From NCBI GenBank assembly GCA_943359365.1, contig CALRHG010000002.1, positions 1 through 57,309 on the forward strand: DNA of 57,309 bases. Direction: 5' to 3'. The translations under genes were made by a program, and so were the position numbers. Origin of the DNA: Candidatus Nomurabacteria bacterium. Lineage in GTDB: Bacteria > Patescibacteriota > Minisyncoccia > Phycocordibacterales > UBA9973. Below the pieces are notes generated by a model, which searched no databases, was not told the origin of the DNA, and saw only the letters and a program-made list of their open reading frames with translations. This document shows, piece after piece, positions 51,763 through 57,309 of the stretch; position 1 is the stretch's first letter; each line of letters begins with the position of its first letter.

Positions 51763-52893
51763 ATGAAGAAAATATCTGTTGTTTTCGTTTCCGCATTACT
51801 ATTCAGTTTTTTAGGTTTGTATAACACTACTAGTGCAGCCAACTGCGCTCCGGGGGACTTATTTAATACGGCTAACGGCCAGCCTTGCGGTTCTATCAGT
51901 ACTTCACCAAGCCGATTTCTCACAATCGGTTCAAAAGGGGAAGATGTTAGAAGTGTCCAGAAAATTTTAGGCAAGGAAGGCTATTCTGTCGGCGTAGCTG
52001 ATGGCAACTACGGAAAGAGAACAGCCCGCACAATCCGAGAATTCCAGGAAGACAATGACCTTGCGATAACAGGCAATGTGGATGCCAGCACTTGGGTGAA
52101 GCTCAGCACTTTTGGGACTATCGTGGCGTCTCCTGTCTTTGTTCCTGTTCCGACATCTTCGACTTTGAGCTGCGGCGCTTTGGAGCAGACAAAACAGTAC
52201 TACTACAATATCTGCAAAACAAGCGGCTATGAAAATGTTTGTTTCACCAAAGATGGTGTTTATAATGGCTGCACAAACAATAGCAATAATGACTGTACTG
52301 CAAATAACACAAATGCGAATACTAATACTCTCTGTTCTGTCGGTCCGACGACGCCGACCATCATCGCTTCGGCGAGCGAGGGCGGAACGATTTATCCTTC
52401 CGGCAATGTTTCTGTGGCTCGAGGCGCAAACCAGACTTTTATTTTTTACCCAAATCCCGGTTATCAGGTAAGCAACATAGGTATTGATAATAGTTCTTCC
52501 GCGCCAGTCGCCAATTCCTATACATTTTATAATGTTACCGGGAGTCATGGTATCGGAGTAAGTTTTAGTGTGATTCCGCCGACTCCTCAACTCTCTACAG
52601 TCCTTTCGCCAAACGTAGGAGGAGTATACAATCTCAATCAACAGCTTCCGGTCAGTTTTACTCCCGCATATGGGCAGCGTGTCTATATAAATCTAGTAGA
52701 TAGCAACAACGGTGCATATGATTTGCTCTCATATAATTATATAAATTATCTCACGGGAATTGCTGCCGATAGGCAGTCTATTTCCTTGAGTCTTCCTACA
52801 AGCTGGATAGCGACACATGGCTATCAATACAAAGTAGAGGTGTGTACGGCAAATATCTGCGACAGAAGCGACAATTATTTCACCATATATTAG
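51763..52893 (+). CDS. secreted protein with a Cys-loop module and PG_binding_1 domain
   Basis: 376 aa with signal peptide ..NTTSA. NCAPGDLFNTANGQPC is followed by LTIGSKGEDVRSVQKILGKEGY..ADGNYGKRTARTIREFQEDNDLAITGNVD. Confidence 0.7.
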   Translation: MKKISVVFVSALLFSFLGLYNTTSAANCAPGDLFNTANGQPCGSISTSPSRFLTIGSKGEDVRSVQKILGKEGYSVGVADGNYGKRTARTIREFQEDNDLAITGNVDASTWVKLSTFGTIVASPVFVPVPTSSTLSCGALEQTKQYYYNICKTSGYENVCFTKDGVYNGCTNNSNNDCTANNTNANTNTLCSVGPTTPTIIASASEGGTIYPSGNVSVARGANQTFIFYPNPGYQVSNIGIDNSSSAPVANSYTFYNVTGSHGIGVSFSVIPPTPQLSTVLSPNVGGVYNLNQQLPVSFTPAYGQRVYINLVDSNNGAYDLLSYNYINYLTGIAADRQSISLSLPTSWIATHGYQYKVEVCTANICDRSDNYFTIY

Positions 52894-52955
52894 TCTCTTT
52901 ATCCGATTTGCTTACTTTTCCTTGATTTTTACTGGAAAAGGTCTAGAATAAAATA

Positions 52956-53561
52956 ATGGAAATTCTGGGGAAAATACTGGGTAATCCGGCTCGAGTTAAA
53001 ATAATGAGACTATTTTTGCTTAATAGAGGCAAGGGTTTTAAGAGCAAAGATATTGCAAAGCGAAGCAGGGTTAATTCTGATACTGTTCGCAGAGAGCTCA
53101 AGGTGCTTGCTTCTGTTGGTTTTATTAAAAAGCGGGGGAGAACTTCTATGGATTGGTGTTTCAATTCCGATTTTAAATACGCGGGGGAATTTGAAGATTT
53201 ACTGGTGCGCTCTGAAAGCTTGAATAAACAAAAGATTTTAGACCATTTTAAAAAAGTCGGGCAAGTAAAGCTCTTGATAGTTTCCGGCGTATTCATTAAA
53301 AATTATGATTCCAGAGTGGATCTGCTGATTGTCGGAGACAAGATGAAAAAGAGCAAAATCGAACAGGGGATTCGCAAGCTGGAAGCGGAGCTTGGCGCAG
53401 AGCTGGTCTATGCTATTTTCAATACAAAAGAATTTATTTATCGGGTTAACATGTATGACAAGCTAGTCCGAGATATTCTTGATTATCCCAACGAGGTGCT
53501 TTTTCAAGGGAAGGAGTTATCCCCCACACTTATTTCTACTAAATATACTTCTAGAGCTTGA
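52956..53561 (+). CDS. winged-helix (ArsR-like) putative transcriptional regulator
   Basis: 201 aa with N-terminal ILGNPARVKIMRLFLLN.....SKDIAKRSRVNSDTVRRELKVLASVGFI. Confidence 0.5.
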   Translation: MEILGKILGNPARVKIMRLFLLNRGKGFKSKDIAKRSRVNSDTVRRELKVLASVGFIKKRGRTSMDWCFNSDFKYAGEFEDLLVRSESLNKQKILDHFKKVGQVKLLIVSGVFIKNYDSRVDLLIVGDKMKKSKIEQGIRKLEAELGAELVYAIFNTKEFIYRVNMYDKLVRDILDYPNEVLFQGKELSPTLISTKYTSRA

Positions 53562-53603
53562 TTTACCCTTATTTTTCAAGCTTCTGAAAATAAGTGTGGG
53601 GGG

Positions 53604-53612
53604 TTATCCACA
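53604..53612 (+). promoter_or_regulatory. perfect DnaA-box 9-mer TTATCCACA upstream of TGgTATACT at 53641
   Basis: Same GTTATCCACAT 11-mer. 28 nt separate it from the -10 hexamer ahead of gene 53694. Confidence 0.4.
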
Positions 53613-53693
53613 TAAACCCTTAAAAAGGTCTAAAATTTGGTATACTAGTAGGTAGAATTTTAAGGTCGAAACTTAAAAGGCATTTTATTAATA

Positions 53694-54437
53694 ATGGTTA
53701 ATTTTTTTATGATTGATAATTTAGGTTTGAATGTATGGGGCGATGTTTTCAACGCATCCCTTCTAGATTTGTGGGCAAGTTTTATTCAATTTGCTCCAAA
53801 GCTAGTAATCGCGATTTTGTTTTTTATAGTCGGCTGGGTTTTGGGCAGTATCATTGCTAGGGCTGTAGAGCAAGTCTTTCGTTCTATCAAGGTAGACAAT
53901 CTTTTGCGTTCTATCGGAGTAGAAAATTTCTTTAGAAAGGCGGGGCTGACTCTAGATTCCGGATACTTTGTCGGACAAGTGATAAAGTGGTTCGTGATCG
54001 TGGTTTTCCTTATCCCTTCGCTAGACTTGGTTTTTCCAGCGAATCCTTTGACAGGCACCAATGCTATAACTTCCTTCTTGAAGGATGATGTATTGAATTT
54101 CTTGCCGAAGGTAATCGTGGCGGCTCTTATCCTCATCATCGCTTCTATCGTAGCTGAAGCTTTGGCGAAGACAGTCAAGGCTTCCGCAAGAACTATGAAT
54201 CTGACTTCCGCAAACATGCTCGGCACTATCACAAAATATTCCATTTGGATATTTGCTTTGCTGATCGCGCTCGGCCAGCTCGGAATCGCTGATTACTACA
54301 TGAGCGTTCTCTTTACCGGCATCGTTGCCATGATCTCAATCGGTGGCGGACTTGCTTTCGGTTTGGGAGGCAAAGAAGCGGCTCAAAAGTTTATCGCGAA
54401 GGTGAGCGAAGAAGTTTCTCATTCTCATCACAGCTAA
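53694..54437 (+). CDS. membrane protein with conserved-TM-helix repeats (small mechanosensitive-channel-like)
   Basis: 247 aa (alternative start ATG 53709). Repeated amphipathic/TM helices of the PF05552-like type. Confidence 0.45.
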   Translation: MVNFFMIDNLGLNVWGDVFNASLLDLWASFIQFAPKLVIAILFFIVGWVLGSIIARAVEQVFRSIKVDNLLRSIGVENFFRKAGLTLDSGYFVGQVIKWFVIVVFLIPSLDLVFPANPLTGTNAITSFLKDDVLNFLPKVIVAALILIIASIVAEALAKTVKASARTMNLTSANMLGTITKYSIWIFALLIALGQLGIADYYMSVLFTGIVAMISIGGGLAFGLGGKEAAQKFIAKVSEEVSHSHHS

Positions 54438-54461
54438 ATTTTTTAAGTTTAGTTTTTTAAG

Positions 54462-54490
54462 AAAAAGCCCATAAATTATGGGCTTTTTCT
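54462..54490 (+). terminator. intrinsic terminator
   Basis: AAAAAGCCCAT-AAATT-ATGGGCTTTTTCTTTTT. Confidence 0.8.
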
Positions 54491-54511
54491 TTTTCATGCT
54501 ACAATTATGTC

Positions 54512-55372
54512 ATGAAAATAATATATAAATTTTTGATTATATTTGTAACTTTGTTTATATCAGGCAGTGCGCTGGCTACCGTCGGTGGACCGACTTTTAT
54601 ATACACTTTCAAATACAATCCGCTCGATGAGTCAGTTTATTATATCGAGAATTCTGAAAGCGGCCGAGGCTGCCCGCCGGAATTAATGAAAATATCTTTA
54701 AATTCAGGCAAAGTGGAAGTAGCCCTTTCTTGCGATGAAGGAGAAAAAATAATAGAAGGCAATGGCTATGAATTTTCGCCTGTGTATGCTGAAATTGAAA
54801 GAAGGACTGGAAGTTTTAAACAGCTGGTACCCATAAATTTGAAAGATAATAGAATTTCTATTGATGTTTCTTTCGTGAATTATACGAATTTTAGCCCGGA
54901 AATCTCTGAAATAAAAAATGCTAATTTTGTCGCTTCAGTTTATCAGGACAACAAAAAAATTCTTGATTTTCCCATAAGTGGCTGCAGTTTGAAACAACCT
55001 TTCGTTTTCGGAGGCTATGCAGTGCCGGGTTTTGATAAAAAAATTGTCCTGCTTCTTTCTGCGAAGGGGGATTGTTGGGAGGGAGGCTATATTTATGAGT
55101 CTTTGCATGTTGTTGGCGGCGTAAGTAATCTGGACAAAACATATCTTGGCAATTTTTATAAAGGGCCGTCGGCTTTAGTCCCCAATGAAGGCACTTTGGT
55201 TGTTTTTGAAGCGGACACTATAAACAAAAACATTGCAGCAACGAACAATCCTGAATTGTCTGCAGAAACTGATGCTAATTCTAAGAATACCGGCATGATT
55301 CCATATGCAATTTTAGCAGTTGTTCTAGGGCTGGGATTGGGGTATTTCTTTGGGCGAAAAACGAAAAACTAA
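54512..55372 (+). CDS. hypothetical exported protein with a C-terminal TM anchor
   Basis: 286 aa with signal peptide ..SGSALA and C-terminal helix IPYAILAVVLGLGLGYFFG. Confidence 0.55.
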   Translation: MKIIYKFLIIFVTLFISGSALATVGGPTFIYTFKYNPLDESVYYIENSESGRGCPPELMKISLNSGKVEVALSCDEGEKIIEGNGYEFSPVYAEIERRTGSFKQLVPINLKDNRISIDVSFVNYTNFSPEISEIKNANFVASVYQDNKKILDFPISGCSLKQPFVFGGYAVPGFDKKIVLLLSAKGDCWEGGYIYESLHVVGGVSNLDKTYLGNFYKGPSALVPNEGTLVVFEADTINKNIAATNNPELSAETDANSKNTGMIPYAILAVVLGLGLGYFFGRKTKN

Positions 55373-55378
55373 ATGTAA

Positions 55379-55615
55379 ATGGCGATCATATTTACTACAC
55401 ATTTAAGAATAAAACTTGAGCAAAGAAAAATAAATAGAGTCTTTGTTCTTGAAACAATAAAGAACCCTGATTTAGTAAGACCAACTTATGGTTTTCGAGA
55501 GGAGTTGTACAGAAAATTTGGCAAATATTATCTCAAGGTTATTATTAAAAGGAGAAAAGTACATGTGATAGTTTTAACTACGCATTGGGTTGCAAAAACA
55601 AAGGACAAGTTGTAA
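55379..55615 (+). CDS. DUF4258-family toxin-like protein
   Basis: 78 aa with N-terminal FTTHLRIKLEQRKI pattern. Followed 9 nt later by a DUF2283 gene. Confidence 0.6.
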   Translation: MAIIFTTHLRIKLEQRKINRVFVLETIKNPDLVRPTYGFREELYRKFGKYYLKVIIKRRKVHVIVLTTHWVAKTKDKL

Positions 55616-55624
55616 AATGAATTT

Positions 55625-55849
55625 ATGAAGATAAGCTACGACAAAGAGGCAGATGCCCTAAATATAGTTTTAAAGACAGGTCCGGTAGAAAAAACTGTGG
55701 AGCTTTCTCCTTTGATTTTTTTGGATTTGGATAAAAAAGGTGATCCGTTATATATCGAAATATTGGGTGCGAGTGAAAGGGTCGGCAAGAAAAATTTCGG
55801 TAAAATAATGATAGGCAAAAAACTTGTCGGCTTGCCAGCGTTTGCGTAA
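55625..55849 (+). CDS. DUF2283-family antitoxin-like protein
   Basis: 74 aa with ISYDKEADALNIVL....LDLDKKGDPLYIEILGASE. Confidence 0.65.
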   Translation: MKISYDKEADALNIVLKTGPVEKTVELSPLIFLDLDKKGDPLYIEILGASERVGKKNFGKIMIGKKLVGLPAFA

Positions 55850-55894
55850 TTTTAAGCAGTCGAAAATTAAAAAGTTAAAATAAAAAATAAATTT

Positions 55895-56101
55895 ATGCCA
55901 AGTGAAAAACTACCAGAAACAGGAGGGGAAAGTATGGTTCAAGATTCAATGAGTATTTGGGCAGAAGAAGTGAAAAAGAATCCTGAAGTTACAACTATTT
56001 TGAGAAATGCTAGGGCTTTATTGAAGAATGAAGCACTGCAACAAGCAGATAAAGAGTTGTTAGAAGCTATCATAATTAGTGCAACAAAATTGTTACAATA
56101 A
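55895..56101 (+). CDS. hypothetical small helical protein
   Basis: 68-aa ORF; no family recognised. Confidence 0.35.
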   Translation: MPSEKLPETGGESMVQDSMSIWAEEVKKNPEVTTILRNARALLKNEALQQADKELLEAIIISATKLLQ

Positions 56102-56160
56102 TAGATTTTTCTCGAAAAAGATGTCCCCAGGTTATCCCCGCAGGGGTTTACGGGGCCTAT

Positions 56161-56189
56161 TTGACATAGTATTTCCTTTCGTATATACT
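56161..56189 (+). promoter_or_regulatory. near-consensus sigma70 promoter upstream of the 23S rRNA
   Basis: TTGACA (56161-56166) - 17 nt - TATACT (56184-56189). Confidence 0.65.
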
Positions 56190-56263
56190 CTTCTAATCAG
56201 TATGATAATAACAAGAAACAAGTTCAAAAGGCGGCCTTAATTGCAGACTTTCTTTTGTCTGTT

Positions 56264-56286
56264 AGCCGCCCGAAAGGCGGTTTTTT
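56264..56286 (+). terminator. terminator-like hairpin in the 23S leader (competes with an upstream helix)
   Basis: CCGCC-CGAAA-GGCGG followed by T6. GCCGCC (56265-56270) can pair instead with GGCGGC (56230-56235). Confidence 0.5.
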
Positions 56287-56489
56287 GTTTGTAAAATCAG
56301 GACGAATGACACTTTGAAAATTGAAAAATCTATCAAGAACTTGGAAGGGGTCTTCCGAGGCTTAGATAGATAAAGGCCAAAAAGTTACTTTAGGTAGCGA
56401 GCGGTCGCAAACAAAGTATCTGTTAATTTTTTTGGCTTTGTTTTCTCCTCGCCGAAAGGCGAGGATTGTGGTTTTCAAATTTCTTAACA

Positions 56490-57309
<820 letters not shown>

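Noticed and set aside
39649-53612. The DnaA boxes as a replication origin (oriC).
   Set aside because: The perfect boxes are 3-8 kb apart and all in one orientation. There is no box cluster, no adjacent dnaA/dnaN and no obvious AT-rich unwinding repeats. A promoter-proximal regulatory role fits better.

Overview
57.3-kb chromosomal segment, mostly + strand and AT-rich (about 40% GC by eye). Gene content and protein style suggest a small-genome Candidate Phyla Radiation / Patescibacteria (Parcubacteria-like) bacterium; that assignment is inference. The left two thirds is housekeeping: pgk 3' end, HIT, recJ, rnhA, a two-piece comEC, sod, glyA, tmk, dut, argS, a Pif1-like helicase, a T-box-controlled ileS carrying two extra phosphohydrolase domains, recO, glyQS, M16 peptidase, AI-2E permease, metG, a GAF protein, tatD, rpsF-ssb-rpsR, efp, recA and ftsK. 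Between efp and recA sits a REP/RAYT-type module: three copies of one palindrome bracket an IS200-like Y1 transposase gene and two cargo ORFs, one with an L,D-transpeptidase/Tlde1-like toxin-type C-terminus. The right third (40.0-52.9 kb) is an island of eight secreted or membrane-anchored low-complexity proteins, interrupted by rplJ-rplL. It includes a 1302-aa S-layer-like protein, a beta-solenoid repeat protein and three proteins with PG_binding_1 domains. After it come a wHTH regulator, membrane proteins, a DUF4258/DUF2283 toxin-antitoxin pair and the first ~820 nt of a 23S rRNA with its own promoter and no 16S or tRNA upstream. The signals the gene list does not explain are: (1) a 25-codon mini-ORF with five Met codons in six, overlapping mutually exclusive antiterminator/terminator hairpins between metG and the GAF gene; (2) a strict 7-nt-period CTAG array filling the rplJ-rplL spacer; (3) a GC-rich multi-hairpin repeat in three copies with compensatory variation; (4) several other GC-rich hairpin repeat families, some inserted in-frame in rnhA, recA and ftsK; (5) perfect DnaA-box 9-mers placed 28-33 nt upstream of -10 hexamers of envelope genes; (6) a clearly GC-rich foreign gene lying between the two comEC pieces. 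No CRISPR array, tRNA, 16S rRNA or reverse transcriptase was found.
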